From NCBI GenBank assembly GCA_050486505.1, contig JBJHDK010000012.1:1-47018 (forward strand): a DNA stretch of 47,018 nucleotides, in the 5' to 3' direction. The notes under the pieces are model-generated. The model was given only the letters and a program-made list of their open reading frames with translations. It did not search any database and was not told the DNA's origin. Of this stretch, positions 1 through 10,096 are shown piece after piece. The translations under genes and the position numbers were made by a program. The DNA is from Fibrobacteria bacterium (GTDB lineage Bacteria > Fibrobacterota > Fibrobacteria > UBA11236). Position 1 is the first letter of the stretch. The number at the start of each line of letters is the position of its first letter.

Positions 1-52
1 ACCAGAACGGCCGCGAAGCACGCGGCCACGACGCGATGCGCGAAGCGACGCG

Positions 53-1333
53 TCAATCGATCAATAAACCGAGTCGCGTCCACCGGATCTTGAAGGGAAT
101 CGAAAACCAGCTGAAGGGGTTCGCGAAGGCGAAGGAGCGATTCTCGTTGTCGAAGGAGTAATAAATGATGAATGCCTTCGCCTTCACGTAGTCGCGCGAA
201 ACCGGACCCCAGTAGCGGCTGTCGGCGGAATTGTCGCGGTTGTCGCCCAGCATGAAGTAGGACGGCCGCTGCACGGTGTAGGAGTCATGCGCGACGCCGT
301 CGATGACCAGCGTTCTTTCGATGCGGAAGGAGGGGTCGCGCGCGGCGAGGTTGCGCTCGAAGAGTTCCAGGTATGCCCCGACGTAATACTCGTTGAACTC
401 CCGGCGGCGCCCGCCCGCATCGCGGAGATGCGCCGGCATCAGGTCGGAGCCGCGCACGAAGCCCGTGCGGGCGATGTCGCGCACGCGGGCGAACGGCACG
501 TTGCGCGACACGAGACGGTTGCCGTCCATCGCCGCGGGGAGCCCGAGGAAAAACAACGCGGCTTGGTCGTTGCGGTTGCGGGGGTCGCCCGTCACTTCGG
601 GAAACACGTAATCGTTGGCGGGCACGCTGTCGTGCCACAGGTCGAGACGGAGCTCAACGCTGCGGCCGTGGTTCTCCTGGAGCGCGAGCGAGCGCAGCCA
701 CGTCGCGTGCGTCAGCGAAAGCGTGTCGAGCAGGATCGTCTCCCCGGGCACGGGGATGCGGTAACGCATGCCGTCGCGCACGGGCTCCACCGCCCGCCCC
801 GGGCCGGTGCCGGCGAGATACATGCCCTCGGGAGGAAGCGGAAGCTCCCGCCCGTCCACCGTGACGCGCGTGCCCTCCACCTCAAGCAGTTGGCCGCTCT
901 CCGCGACCACGCGCTTGATGAAATCCTTGGGGGCGTACCACACGAGCCGCTTCTGTCCGGGGGAGGGATCGCGATCCCAATACAGGTTTCCGAACAGGAA
1001 AAGGTTGGCCAGCATGCGGTAACGCCGGGGGTTCCCTTCGGGGTGGGACGGATCCCCCGGGTACCGGAAGATCATCACATGGCCCGGCTTGGGTTCGGTG
1101 AAGGACGGCAACCGCTTCTGCGAGAATGGGACCGGAGCCCCGTACACGAATTTCAGCCCGAGCAGAAAGTCCCCGATCAGCAGGGATCGCTCCATCGATG
1201 CCGAAGGAATCTTGAAAGCCTGCACCGCGAACTGGATGAACACGAGCGCAAGGATGATCGGAACCAGAAATTCGCGGACGAAACTGCGTCCCGCGCCTCT
1301 CCAGCCCCTGCGGGACGGGGGTTGTTCGGTCAT
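53..1333 (-). CDS. lepB: Signal peptidase I with large internal insertion
   Basis: N-terminal TM, 'IPSASME' catalytic Ser box, 'DFIKRVV' Lys box, 'GDNRDNSADSRYWG' box E; start taken at ATG 1333. Confidence 0.93.
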   Translation of the reverse strand: MTEQPPSRRGWRGAGRSFVREFLVPIILALVFIQFAVQAFKIPSASMERSLLIGDFLLGLKFVYGAPVPFSQKRLPSFTEPKPGHVMIFRYPGDPSHPEGNPRRYRMLANLFLFGNLYWDRDPSPGQKRLVWYAPKDFIKRVVAESGQLLEVEGTRVTVDGRELPLPPEGMYLAGTGPGRAVEPVRDGMRYRIPVPGETILLDTLSLTHATWLRSLALQENHGRSVELRLDLWHDSVPANDYVFPEVTGDPRNRNDQAALFFLGLPAAMDGNRLVSRNVPFARVRDIARTGFVRGSDLMPAHLRDAGGRRREFNEYYVGAYLELFERNLAARDPSFRIERTLVIDGVAHDSYTVQRPSYFMLGDNRDNSADSRYWGPVSRDYVKAKAFIIYYSFDNENRSFAFANPFSWFSIPFKIRWTRLGLLID

Positions 1334-1499
1334 TTTCCGCCCCGTCGCGGGCGCGCGTTGCCATGCTGCATGCTGGTGTCCCGGATGCGCCGGCACGCGC
1401 CGGCACTGCAAGCGGGGAAGATACTAAAGGGCGGGAACTTGCTAGATTCGCGGAAGACGACACACGACTGCACCCGACCGCCACGCGGCAGGAGGACAC

Positions 1500-1829
1500 A
1501 TGGACTACACGTTTCTCGAACGCCTCAAATCCAAGGTCATCTCGGGCGCGCAAACCTCGGCCGCGAAGCTGGAGGACGCCGCACGCACCGGCAAGCTCCA
1601 CCTCGACATGATGGCCGCACGCCGCAAGCTGCAGCGCTCTTACACGGAACTCGGCAAGGAAGCGCACCAGGCCCTGCGCGAGGACACTGTGGCCGTGCTC
1701 GCGCACCGGCCGGGCGTCGCCGTGCTGCAGGCCGAGATCGAGGAGCACAAGGCGGAGATCACCTTGCTCGAAGCCAAGCTCGCGGAGACGAAGGACGCGA
1801 AAAACGCCCAGGACGGCAGCGAGGCCTGA
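1500..1829 (+). CDS. Hypothetical coiled-coil protein (109 aa)
   Basis: AGGAGG SD before ATG; helical, charged composition; fits between lepB and M23 gene. Confidence 0.75.
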   Translation: MDYTFLERLKSKVISGAQTSAAKLEDAARTGKLHLDMMAARRKLQRSYTELGKEAHQALREDTVAVLAHRPGVAVLQAEIEEHKAEITLLEAKLAETKDAKNAQDGSEA

Positions 1830-1861
1830 GTCGCGTCCAGGGCCGGACGCGCACCACCGAA

Positions 1862-2770
1862 ATGGACCGCAAGATTCGCATCGACTTCTTTCCCAAGGAC
1901 GCCTCGCGCGTCCGTTCCATCGCATTCTCCCGCCGCTGGGCCATCGCGGGAACCGCCGTTGTGCTTCCGCTGTGCCTCCTCGGGTTTTGGCTCGTTTTTT
2001 CCGGCGCGCTACGCGAGGATTCCGATCGCCGTTTCGAGCGCCTGAAACTCGAGCGCGAGACCGAAGCCCTGAGTGAAAAAACGGCGCAACTCCAGCGCGA
2101 GGTCGAAATCCTCCGCAAGCAGCTCGACAGCCTCGAGTCCGTGCGCATCCGAGTCTCCCTCTCCTCCGGCCTTGAAACGCCCCTGGCGCAAGATCCGGTG
2201 GACGACATCGGGCGGCGCTTCCGCCTGTTCGGGTCCACCTCGGATGCCCCGCGCAGCGAGGATTTCGATCGCACCCTCGAACAGGCCCGCGCCGCCGCGC
2301 GTTTCCTGGATTCCTCGCTGCACGTTCTGACACGCCAGGCGGAGAGAACCGCGGAACTTCCGACCTTGCGGCCCGTCGGCCCCGAGGCGATTCTCACGCG
2401 CGGCTTCGGCCCGGCCCGCGACCCTTTCACGGGGCGCATGAACCTGCATGCGGGCGTCGATTACAGCATGCCGAACGGATCCCCGGTCTTCGCTGCGGGC
2501 GGCGGCGTCGTGATCGCCGCCGGGAGCGACCACATCTGGGGCAACCACGTGCGCATCCGCCACGCCGACCGCGCGGAAACCTTCTACGCGCACCTGCACA
2601 GCATCAATGTTTCCGCCCGTGCGCGTGTCGAACGCGGGCAGGTCATCGGCACAGTCGGCCAAAGCGGCCACGCAACAGGCCCCCGCCTGCATTTCGAAAT
2701 GCGGCTGAACGGCGAGCACGTCGACCCGTTGCTGTACCTTCTCCCCGCCGACGCGCCGCAAATCCTGTAA
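1862..2770 (+). CDS. M23-family peptidase with N-terminal TM and coiled coil
   Basis: 'HAGVDY', 'YAHL', 'GQVIGTVGQSGHATGPRLHFE'; real start ATG 1862 inside the long 287..2770 ORF. Confidence 0.88.
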   Translation: MDRKIRIDFFPKDASRVRSIAFSRRWAIAGTAVVLPLCLLGFWLVFSGALREDSDRRFERLKLERETEALSEKTAQLQREVEILRKQLDSLESVRIRVSLSSGLETPLAQDPVDDIGRRFRLFGSTSDAPRSEDFDRTLEQARAAARFLDSSLHVLTRQAERTAELPTLRPVGPEAILTRGFGPARDPFTGRMNLHAGVDYSMPNGSPVFAAGGGVVIAAGSDHIWGNHVRIRHADRAETFYAHLHSINVSARARVERGQVIGTVGQSGHATGPRLHFEMRLNGEHVDPLLYLLPADAPQIL

Positions 2771-2793
2771 CCCCAGACCGCCGAGGAACCCCG

Positions 2794-3960
2794 ATGCAAG
2801 CCCGCATGACCCCGATCGCCGAAGCCGCCCGAGAAACACGACGGCGGCTGCACAGGCGCCCGGAGCTCAGCGGCGCGGAGCAGGCCACGCGCGAAACGCT
2901 CGTCGCGGAGCTAAAGACCCTCGGCTTCGAGCCCGAAATCTTCGAGGGCAACGCCGGCGTCTCCGTGCTATGGCCGGGCGAACGCAACGACGCCTGCCTC
3001 CTCCTCCGTGCCGACATGGATGCCCTCCCGCTCAAGGAAGAGTCCGGCGTTCCCTGGGCGTCCGAAAACGACGGCGTGATGCACGCCTGCGGACACGACG
3101 GACACATGGCGGTACTGCTGGGGGTCGCACGCTGGCTGGCCGAAGAAAAAAAGACCTGGCCAAAGGCGATCCGCCTGCTTTTCCAGCCCGCTGAGGAGAC
3201 GGGTCGCGGGGCGCCCGAGATGATCGCATCCGGTCTCCTTGAAAAACCCCGCGTCGAGGCCGCTTTCGCCCTGCACGGCTGGCCCGAATTGCCGGTCGGC
3301 ACGCTCGCCGTCCCGGACCGTGCGGTGATGGCCGCGGTGGACAATTTCACGATGACGGTGAAAGGCAAGGGGGGGCACGGTGCCATGCCGCACCTCGCCC
3401 GGGATCCCGTGCCTGCCGCCGCCGCCCTCATTCTCTCCGCGCAAACCCTCGTGAGCCGCAGGGCCGGGCCCCTCGACCCCGTCGTGCTGACCTTCGGGCA
3501 CATCTCGGCCGGCAAGGCCCACAACGTGATCCCGGAGACCTGCGTGCTGCGCGGCACGCTGCGCACCCTCGACCCGTCGCTGCGCAAGGAACTGACCGCC
3601 GCCCTCGAACGCCTCGCGCAAGGGACGGCGGATGCCCACGGAGTGCAGGCAAGCATCGAGTGGATCGAGGCCTGCCCGGCGACCATCAACCACCCGGGGA
3701 TGGCTGCGCTGGCACGCGAGGGCATCGCCGCCGCGCTCGGCGCGGACGTGCTGCGCGACCGCGCGCCCAGCATGGGCGGCGAGGACTTCTCATACTTCCT
3801 GGAAAAGGTGCCCGGGGCCTACTTCTGGCTCGGTCTCGGCATGGATCGCGGCAGCCTGCACAACCCGCGCTTCGACTTCAACGACGAGGCCATCGCCGCC
3901 GGTATTTCCGCCTTCGCGGGAATCGTGGAGAGATATTTCCGGGAGAACAGTGGACAATGA
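2794..3960 (+). CDS. M20D-family amidohydrolase
   Basis: 'LHRRPELS', 'RADMDALP', 'MHACGHDGH', 'FQPAEE', 'GGEDF', 'LHNPRFDFN'. Confidence 0.93.
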   Translation: MQARMTPIAEAARETRRRLHRRPELSGAEQATRETLVAELKTLGFEPEIFEGNAGVSVLWPGERNDACLLLRADMDALPLKEESGVPWASENDGVMHACGHDGHMAVLLGVARWLAEEKKTWPKAIRLLFQPAEETGRGAPEMIASGLLEKPRVEAAFALHGWPELPVGTLAVPDRAVMAAVDNFTMTVKGKGGHGAMPHLARDPVPAAAALILSAQTLVSRRAGPLDPVVLTFGHISAGKAHNVIPETCVLRGTLRTLDPSLRKELTAALERLAQGTADAHGVQASIEWIEACPATINHPGMAALAREGIAAALGADVLRDRAPSMGGEDFSYFLEKVPGAYFWLGLGMDRGSLHNPRFDFNDEAIAAGISAFAGIVERYFRENSGQ

Positions 3961-4047
3961 ACAGTGTGCAGTGTGCAATGAGAGGGTGAGACCGAGCAAA
4001 GCCCGAACCCTGTGTTCACTATTCACTATTCACTGTTCACTGTCCAT
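3946..4047. repeat. Inverted pair of heptamer tandem arrays between convergent genes
   Basis: (AACAGTG/TGCAGTG)-like x5 at 3946-3980 and (TGTTCAC/TATTCAC)-like x5 at 4013-4047. Confidence 0.8.
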
Positions 4048-5552
4048 CCCCCTCCCCCCCCTGTCCTCAATGCCTGGCTCCGGTTCCATTCCAGGACCGA
4101 AGCGTGCGCACGCGCCTTGATATCGTCCGGCCCCGCACTCTTCGCAAGGCCCTCAGGCGATACGACTCCCGCCGCATAGGCCAGCATCGCATCGGGAGGC
4201 AATGACGACGGCAGCGTCGGCTGAAGGCCGACATCACGATAGTCGAGCCCGGAGGACGTGAGGACACGACTGTACGTGACAAGCGCGAGTCCCCCTCCGG
4301 GGGTTTCGAACACCGCCTGCCCCACTCCCTTCCCATAGGTTCGCGTGCCGACCTGGGGGGCATTCAAGCCCTCGCGCAGGGCCGCCACGAGGATCTCCGC
4401 CGCACTCGCCGTTCCACTGTCAGCCAGCAGCACGAACTCCCTCCCCGCGCCGCGCCCGCCCGCCCGCGCACGAAAGGTGGACTCGTAGCGCACGGGTGCG
4501 CCTTCGAATTTCGTGTCCACGAGGCGGATGATGACGCCGCCGTCCATCACGTCGTCGGCCATCTGCAGGGCGATCCCCAGGCTCCCGCCCCCGTTTCCGC
4601 GCAAATCCAGGACAATGGAGGCGAAACCGCGCGTGGCATCGAGCGCCTTACGGAACTCATCGCGCGTCGTTCCGCCGCCGATGGTGCTGGACGTGAACGA
4701 AAGCACCGCGATGTAACCGACTCCGCCGAGGCTGTCGACGATTACCGTCGGGAAATTCACGTCTTCGCGCACCATGACCGCGGTGAGCGGCCCGCCCGAT
4801 GCGCCGACCGTCATGCGCACCGGCCCGACCGTGTCGAGGGCGATGAACCGTGCAAAGCGGGCAAACGCCGAATCCCCGGTCACGACACTGTCGCCCACGG
4901 CGAGCACCGGCATCCCCTGCCGCAGGCCCGCACGGTGCGCGGGGGAACCCGGGGCCACCAGGCGCAGCGATACCGTGTCGCCCGCGTCGTTCACGCGCAC
5001 CTGGATGCCGATCGTTTTCGGTTGCGTCGTGCTGAACAAACGGCGCCGCGCCTCCGCCGCACCCGCAGAATCCACATAATTCGAGTGCGCGTCGCGGGTG
5101 CGCGCCCGCTGGTAGAGCGCGGCGACATCGGAAAGGCCCGTTGTGTCGTCGAAGGTTCCGGGCCAGAGAAATCGCGAGCGGAGCAGGAAAAGGTTGTACT
5201 GGCGTTCGCGCTCAGGGGTCCAGGTGCCGAAGCTGCGCTGGCTCCAGCGATACTCCGTCACGCGGCCGGTTTCATGGTCGCGCACCCGTACCGGGCTCGC
5301 GAAGGCGGGAAAGGACGATGCACCCGCACCCAGGGAAGGGTCGTGCAAGGGCTGGAAGAGTTCGATCACGGCATCGGGAGGGCTCTTCACCACCTCATCG
5401 AGCGCGCGTTCCTGCAGGGAAGGGAACGAGGAACGCCCCGGGGACACCGAGAAGATGCAACCCGCGAGATAAAGGACGGACACCGAAAGGGCCGCGATCG
5501 TCGTGAACCGCCCGCAGGCGGGCCCGAAACACTGTTCAGATGCCGAAGCCAC
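4026..5552 (-). CDS. S41-family (C-terminal processing) peptidase with PDZ domain, probable lipoprotein
   Basis: 'LDLRGNGGG', 'TASAAEI', 'GTRTYGKGVGQ', PDZ 'SPAHRAGL', lipobox-like 'LAGC'. Confidence 0.88.
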   Translation of the reverse strand: MASASEQCFGPACGRFTTIAALSVSVLYLAGCIFSVSPGRSSFPSLQERALDEVVKSPPDAVIELFQPLHDPSLGAGASSFPAFASPVRVRDHETGRVTEYRWSQRSFGTWTPERERQYNLFLLRSRFLWPGTFDDTTGLSDVAALYQRARTRDAHSNYVDSAGAAEARRRLFSTTQPKTIGIQVRVNDAGDTVSLRLVAPGSPAHRAGLRQGMPVLAVGDSVVTGDSAFARFARFIALDTVGPVRMTVGASGGPLTAVMVREDVNFPTVIVDSLGGVGYIAVLSFTSSTIGGGTTRDEFRKALDATRGFASIVLDLRGNGGGSLGIALQMADDVMDGGVIIRLVDTKFEGAPVRYESTFRARAGGRGAGREFVLLADSGTASAAEILVAALREGLNAPQVGTRTYGKGVGQAVFETPGGGLALVTYSRVLTSSGLDYRDVGLQPTLPSSLPPDAMLAYAAGVVSPEGLAKSAGPDDIKARAHASVLEWNRSQALRTGGGGGWTVNSE

Positions 5553-5632
5553 ACTCCAATGATAGGCAGATTCACCCCCGCTTTACGGGCTTGTTACCTT
5601 TCCCCCTGACCCAAACCACGGGGATCCCCTCC

Positions 5633-6010
5633 ATGCAGCTTCCCAAGTACAAGAAAAAGAAACGCATCAAGCTCAAGGTTTGCCAGGAGCCCGGTTGCGG
5701 TCGTGAATTCTGGGGACACCCGATCGCGAAATATTGCGACCTGCACCGCGACATCAAGCAGCGTGCGAAGCACAAGAAGGAGTTCGAGAGCGTCGAGGTC
5801 AAGAACATGGTGTTCAAGCACAACTACACGGAAGTGCTCGACCTCGAATTCCTGTGCTGCCTCGAAGGCTGCGAACAGCGGTATGTCGTTAAAGTCTTCC
5901 CCAAGCAGTTCGTCTATCCCCGCTACTGCGTCGAGCATCGCAACGATTTCCGTCGCGCCAACTTCGCGCGCATGCACCGGATCAAGCAGCTGACGGCGGC
6001 GCGGGGTTAA
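5633..6010 (+). CDS. Small basic Cys/His-rich protein with two putative zinc-binding repeats
   Basis: MQLPKYKKKKR...; two C-x4-C...C-x2-H units; GC3-rich codon usage. Confidence 0.85.
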   Translation: MQLPKYKKKKRIKLKVCQEPGCGREFWGHPIAKYCDLHRDIKQRAKHKKEFESVEVKNMVFKHNYTEVLDLEFLCCLEGCEQRYVVKVFPKQFVYPRYCVEHRNDFRRANFARMHRIKQLTAARG

Positions 6011-6026
6011 CGTCGGCGTCGTAATT

Positions 6027-6055
6027 GTAGGGGCAAATGATTATTTGCCCCTACA
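6027..6055. repeat. GTAG-type REP-like palindrome, possible bidirectional terminator
   Basis: TGTAGGGGCAAAT-GATT-ATTTGCCCCTACA between convergent genes. Confidence 0.75.
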
Positions 6056-6067
6056 GCCCGCGCCGCT

Positions 6068-7693
6068 TCATTCATTCCCTGTAATGTTCCCGTAAAAATC
6101 GTTCCCCTTGTCGTCGATGACGATGAACGCGGGGAAGTCGCGCACCTCGATACGCCTCACGGCCTCCATTCCCAGTTCCTCGAACGCCACCGTCTCCACC
6201 TTGAGGATGTTCTCCTTCGCGAGGATGGCGGCCGGGCCGCCCACCGATCCGAGGTAAAACCCGCCGTGCTTTCGGCAGGCCTCGCGCACGACCGGGGAGC
6301 GATTGCCCTTCGCCAGCATCACGCGCGAGCCGCCGCGCGCCATGAACGCGTCGACGTAGCCGTCCATGCGGCCCGCGGTGGTGGGGCCGAAGCTCCCCGA
6401 AGGCATGCCTTCGGGGGTTTTCGCGGGCCCCGCGTAATAGACGGGATGATCCTTCAGCCACTGCGGCATCGACTCGCCCGCTTCGAGCATGGCTTGGATG
6501 CGCGCGTGCGCCACGTCGCGCGCGACGATGAGCGACCCGGTAAGCGACAGGCGCGTCTTGACGGGGTGCTTCGAAAGCTCCGTGATGATCTCCTCCATCG
6601 GCCGGTTGAGGTCGACCGGGATCGCGGGGGCCATGGCGCCCGCGCCGGCCTCGGGGACGAAGCGGTCGGGGCGCGTCTCGAGCTGCTCGAGGAAGATGCC
6701 GTCGCGGGTGATCTTGGCCTTGATGTTGCGATCGGCGCTGCAGCTCACGCCGATGCCGATGGGGCACGAGGCCGCATGCCGCGGCAGGCGGATGACGCGC
6801 ACGTCGTGCACGAAGTACTTGCCGCCGAACTGCGCGCCGATGCGGCTCTCCTGCGCCATCACCTGCACGCGCGCCTCCCACTCCGTGTCGCGGAAGGCGC
6901 GGCCGAGTGCGTTGCCGGTGGTCGGCAGCCCGTCGAGATACCCTGCGGAGGCGAGCTTCACCGTTTTCAGGTTCGCCTCGGCCGACGTGCCCCCGATCAC
7001 GATGGCGAGATGGTACGGCGGACAGGCGGACGTGCCCAGCGAAAACAGTTTCTCGTTGAGGAAGCTCGCCAGTGCCTTGTCGTTGAGCCGCGCCTTCGTC
7101 TCCTGGAACAGCAGGCTTTTGTTGGCGGAGCCGCCGCCCTTGGCGAGAAAGAGGAACTCATATGCCTCGCCGGGAGCCGCCATGATGTCGATCTGCGCGG
7201 GAAGGTTGGTGCCGGTATTCTTCTCTTCGAACATGGAGAGGGGGGCCATCTGCGAATACCGCAGATTCTCTTGCAGGTACGCGCTGGAGATGCCCTCCGC
7301 CAGGGCCGCTTCGTCATCGAAGCCCGTCCACACGGCCTGCCCCTTTTTCGCGAACACGGTGGCGGTGCCGGTGTCCTGGCACGAGGGGAGCTGTCCCTGC
7401 GCGGCGACCACGGCGTTGCGCAGCTCCGTGAGGGCGACGAAGCGGTCGTTGTCGGATGCTTCCGGATCCTCGAGGATGGCGCGCAGTTTCGCAAGGTGCC
7501 CGGGGCGGAAGTAGAAGTTGACGTCGCGCAGGGCCTCCCGCGCCAGACGCACCAATCCCTCGCGCTCGACGACCAGGAGCCCCCCCCGTTGCGTTTTCTC
7601 CTCGCGGACGAAATCCGTCGTGAGAAGGCGGTAGGGCGTCGGGTCTTCCCCGGTTTCAAAGAGTTTCTGGTGTGTGTAGACGGATTCTGCCAT
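6068..7693 (-). CDS. fumA: Class I (Fe-S) fumarate hydratase
   Basis: 'CQDTG', 'KGGGSANK', 'ACPPYH', 'GPTTAGRMD'; full length 541 aa. Confidence 0.95.
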   Translation of the reverse strand: MAESVYTHQKLFETGEDPTPYRLLTTDFVREEKTQRGGLLVVEREGLVRLAREALRDVNFYFRPGHLAKLRAILEDPEASDNDRFVALTELRNAVVAAQGQLPSCQDTGTATVFAKKGQAVWTGFDDEAALAEGISSAYLQENLRYSQMAPLSMFEEKNTGTNLPAQIDIMAAPGEAYEFLFLAKGGGSANKSLLFQETKARLNDKALASFLNEKLFSLGTSACPPYHLAIVIGGTSAEANLKTVKLASAGYLDGLPTTGNALGRAFRDTEWEARVQVMAQESRIGAQFGGKYFVHDVRVIRLPRHAASCPIGIGVSCSADRNIKAKITRDGIFLEQLETRPDRFVPEAGAGAMAPAIPVDLNRPMEEIITELSKHPVKTRLSLTGSLIVARDVAHARIQAMLEAGESMPQWLKDHPVYYAGPAKTPEGMPSGSFGPTTAGRMDGYVDAFMARGGSRVMLAKGNRSPVVREACRKHGGFYLGSVGGPAAILAKENILKVETVAFEELGMEAVRRIEVRDFPAFIVIDDKGNDFYGNITGNE

Positions 7694-7788
7694 GCGCCTA
7701 ATTTAAGTCACGCGCGACTCCGTGAAATGCGTCCCTAAAAAGCCCTTCGATTAGATTTCCCGAAATCAGCACAAGCAAGGAGGTCATC

Positions 7789-8484
7789 ATGTGCCGGATC
7801 ACGATTCTTACTGGCATCCTGTCCCTGGCAACGGGATCCATGTCGGCCACGATGCCGCTTTCTTTCTTGGAAGAAGTGGGTCAGCACCGGCCCGGTGTTT
7901 CGCACTTGAATGCGGAAACCCCGGGAACGACGCAGGGCGCGCGTGAGACATCGACGACGGAGTCCCGGCGCAGCCTTTACTCCAGCGGCATCTCCCTCGG
8001 TTATCTCTTTCCCTCCGACGGAAAATTCGCGTATGTCCGGGAATCTGGCCCCATCCTGATGCCTTCGCAGGAAACGAAGGCATATTCCCGCATTCTCCAG
8101 ATCGCCATGCTGAACACATGGCAGTTCGACGATTTGCTGCTCCGCACCGATTTTTCAGTGGGGATCCTTCCGGATCGCTTCATTTTCGGAGGTGAAGCGA
8201 GCCTGAACTACCTGTTCGGTCACGCCTACGTGTCTCCCTTTCTCGGCGCGGGCGCAGGCATCTATCACGGGCCCGTTGACGACGGAGAGGGGAGCGACAT
8301 GATGCGCGACATCAACCCCGCCCTGAACCTTCAGGGAGGGCTCCTTTTCTTTCGCGGCCACGACGTGAATCTCTTGCTGCGCGGAAAGTACCTGATGGTT
8401 CTCAACAGCGACAGGGATGACGGCTTCGTCATTGATGTCGGGTTCACCTACTCGCTGCCTGAGCTGCCCGGCAGAGGAAGGTGA
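7789..8484 (+). CDS. Exported protein with outer-membrane beta-barrel-like C-terminal region
   Basis: AGGAGG SD; signal peptide; alternating beta-strand pattern ('SPFLGAGAGIY', 'IDVGFTY'). Confidence 0.7.
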   Translation: MCRITILTGILSLATGSMSATMPLSFLEEVGQHRPGVSHLNAETPGTTQGARETSTTESRRSLYSSGISLGYLFPSDGKFAYVRESGPILMPSQETKAYSRILQIAMLNTWQFDDLLLRTDFSVGILPDRFIFGGEASLNYLFGHAYVSPFLGAGAGIYHGPVDDGEGSDMMRDINPALNLQGGLLFFRGHDVNLLLRGKYLMVLNSDRDDGFVIDVGFTYSLPELPGRGR

Positions 8485-8505
8485 GTTCGGGACGCGCCTC
8501 GCCAA

Positions 8506-9405
8506 TCACCACAACAACCCGTAGTTGACCCCGTACACGGTGCCGAGGGTATTGCGTCCTTCGACCGAAGAGGCGAGCTCGTGCTTCGTGAACCCCGCGT
8601 AGGGCGCAATCAGGATCCGTGACCCCAGCCTGAGATCAACCCCTCCCCGCCCCCAAATACCCACCGGAAACCCGCCATCGATCTGTGTGGAGCGATTCAG
8701 GAGGCTGAGTCCCGCGCCGACATAGGGTTTCGCCCGGGAATGCAGGAAGAAGGTCTTGCGTACACCGGCATCGCCGTGAACGAAGGCGATCGGGGACAAG
8801 GAGGATTCGACGTAACGTCGCAGCTCCATTTGAACCGGCCATTCGCTGCGCCCCAGCACCAGTTGAAATCCACCATCGTCCCGCCGATTCCCGTGCGGAT
8901 GCACATCGTGCGCGTAGCGTTTGACTCCGCCAAAGAACGAGAACGCGACTCTCCAGTCCCCGGTGCCCCATGGGTCCGCGTCCGTGGAAACCTTTACGGT
9001 GTGAGGGATCTCCCAGGGAGCCTTCGGTTCGAGTCTCCATGCGGATCCGGTGGCGAAATCGAAGACTGCGCCAATGGCCGCGAACGGGCCCCCTGCGACA
9101 TTGAGCCAGATGACGTGGCTGAGCTCCCTGTTCAAGGGGATCAGCAGCGTGTCGCCTGATTCCAACGAGTCCTGCCCGGAGCCGGGGATGATGATCTCGA
9201 TGCTTTGACCGGCCCGCCCACGCAACAGGCTCTCCGTCGCCGGAGCGGGGCGCGACGGCCCGCCGTTAAAGCTCACCTTGGCGCGAGGGTCATCGGCCGT
9301 GATCTCGACGGGTTGCCGCACGCCGTTCAGGAGGGTCGCGCACCCGCCCAAGAACGGAGAGGCAACCAAGCCCAGCCAAGCCATTGCACATGCATGGTGT
9401 TTCAT
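8506..9405 (-). CDS. Putative lipoprotein with C-terminal beta-barrel-like domain
   Basis: GGAGG SD; lipobox 'LGGC-ATLL'; C-terminal strands ('PYVGAGLS') ending in Trp. Confidence 0.7.
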   Translation of the reverse strand: MKHHACAMAWLGLVASPFLGGCATLLNGVRQPVEITADDPRAKVSFNGGPSRPAPATESLLRGRAGQSIEIIIPGSGQDSLESGDTLLIPLNRELSHVIWLNVAGGPFAAIGAVFDFATGSAWRLEPKAPWEIPHTVKVSTDADPWGTGDWRVAFSFFGGVKRYAHDVHPHGNRRDDGGFQLVLGRSEWPVQMELRRYVESSLSPIAFVHGDAGVRKTFFLHSRAKPYVGAGLSLLNRSTQIDGGFPVGIWGRGGVDLRLGSRILIAPYAGFTKHELASSVEGRNTLGTVYGVNYGLLW

Positions 9406-9566
9406 TCGTTCCTCCTCCCCAAAGGGATGCGCGTCAACGCAAGGAACCCCCCATTCCGGCTTTTCCCGTTAACCGCAGTTAACGACGGAATAAAATTCAT
9501 AAAAAACATCACTTGTTTATGAATTATTCGTGACATATTATGCGGGTCGGAACGGAGAACCAGCTC

Positions 9567-10049
9567 ATGACACCACTGCAGAGACACCGCATTGCAAAAA
9601 AACGCCGGATAGGCGCCGGCCTGCTCGCTGTCGCGCTGCTGGCAACGAATGTTTCCGCTGCTTCCTCCTCCCTGGGGGGCACGCCCGAGGTGCAACCCGC
9701 GCCGCAGGAGCGCTCCCGGGAAGGAAGCCCTGAAGCTCTCGATCCCTTCCTGGCCGGCGCCCTGGGCATCGTTCCTTTTGCGAGCGGCATGTACCTCACC
9801 GATGAACCGGCACGCGGAATCCTCTTCACCGCGGTCGACGTGCTCATGGCGCTCGGCATCTATTCGGCGCGCTACACCTCGGTGGGCGAGGAGCAAAACG
9901 TCAAGACCTATTTCCTGCTCATGGGTGCGAACAATGTGCTCGATGCCTTCGTCTCCATGCGATACGCGGCGCGCACGCAACCGCTCCAGGCGATGCTACT
10001 GCCCCTGCCGCAAGGGGGAATTCAACTTTCCTTGCGCCGGAGTTTTTGA
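9567..10049 (+). CDS. Hypothetical exported/membrane protein
   Basis: Signal-like N terminus, hydrophobic helices, C-terminal 'GIQLSLRRSF'; start uncertain (9540 or 9567). Confidence 0.65.
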   Translation: MTPLQRHRIAKKRRIGAGLLAVALLATNVSAASSSLGGTPEVQPAPQERSREGSPEALDPFLAGALGIVPFASGMYLTDEPARGILFTAVDVLMALGIYSARYTSVGEEQNVKTYFLLMGANNVLDAFVSMRYAARTQPLQAMLLPLPQGGIQLSLRRSF

Positions 10050-10096
10050 CCCTTCACCCAAGTCCTGATCACGTTCGTCACAACAAGGAGTCCATC

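Noticed and set aside
1..56. Possible TTG-started gene downstream of lepB (MTRRFAHRVVAACFAAVL...)
   Set aside because: Signal-peptide-like, but only 18 codons are visible at the window edge; too little to call.
287..1861. N-terminal 525 aa of the 827-aa ORF 287..2770
   Set aside because: Antisense to lepB and out of frame over the 1500-1829 gene; only the part from ATG 1862 looks like a protein.
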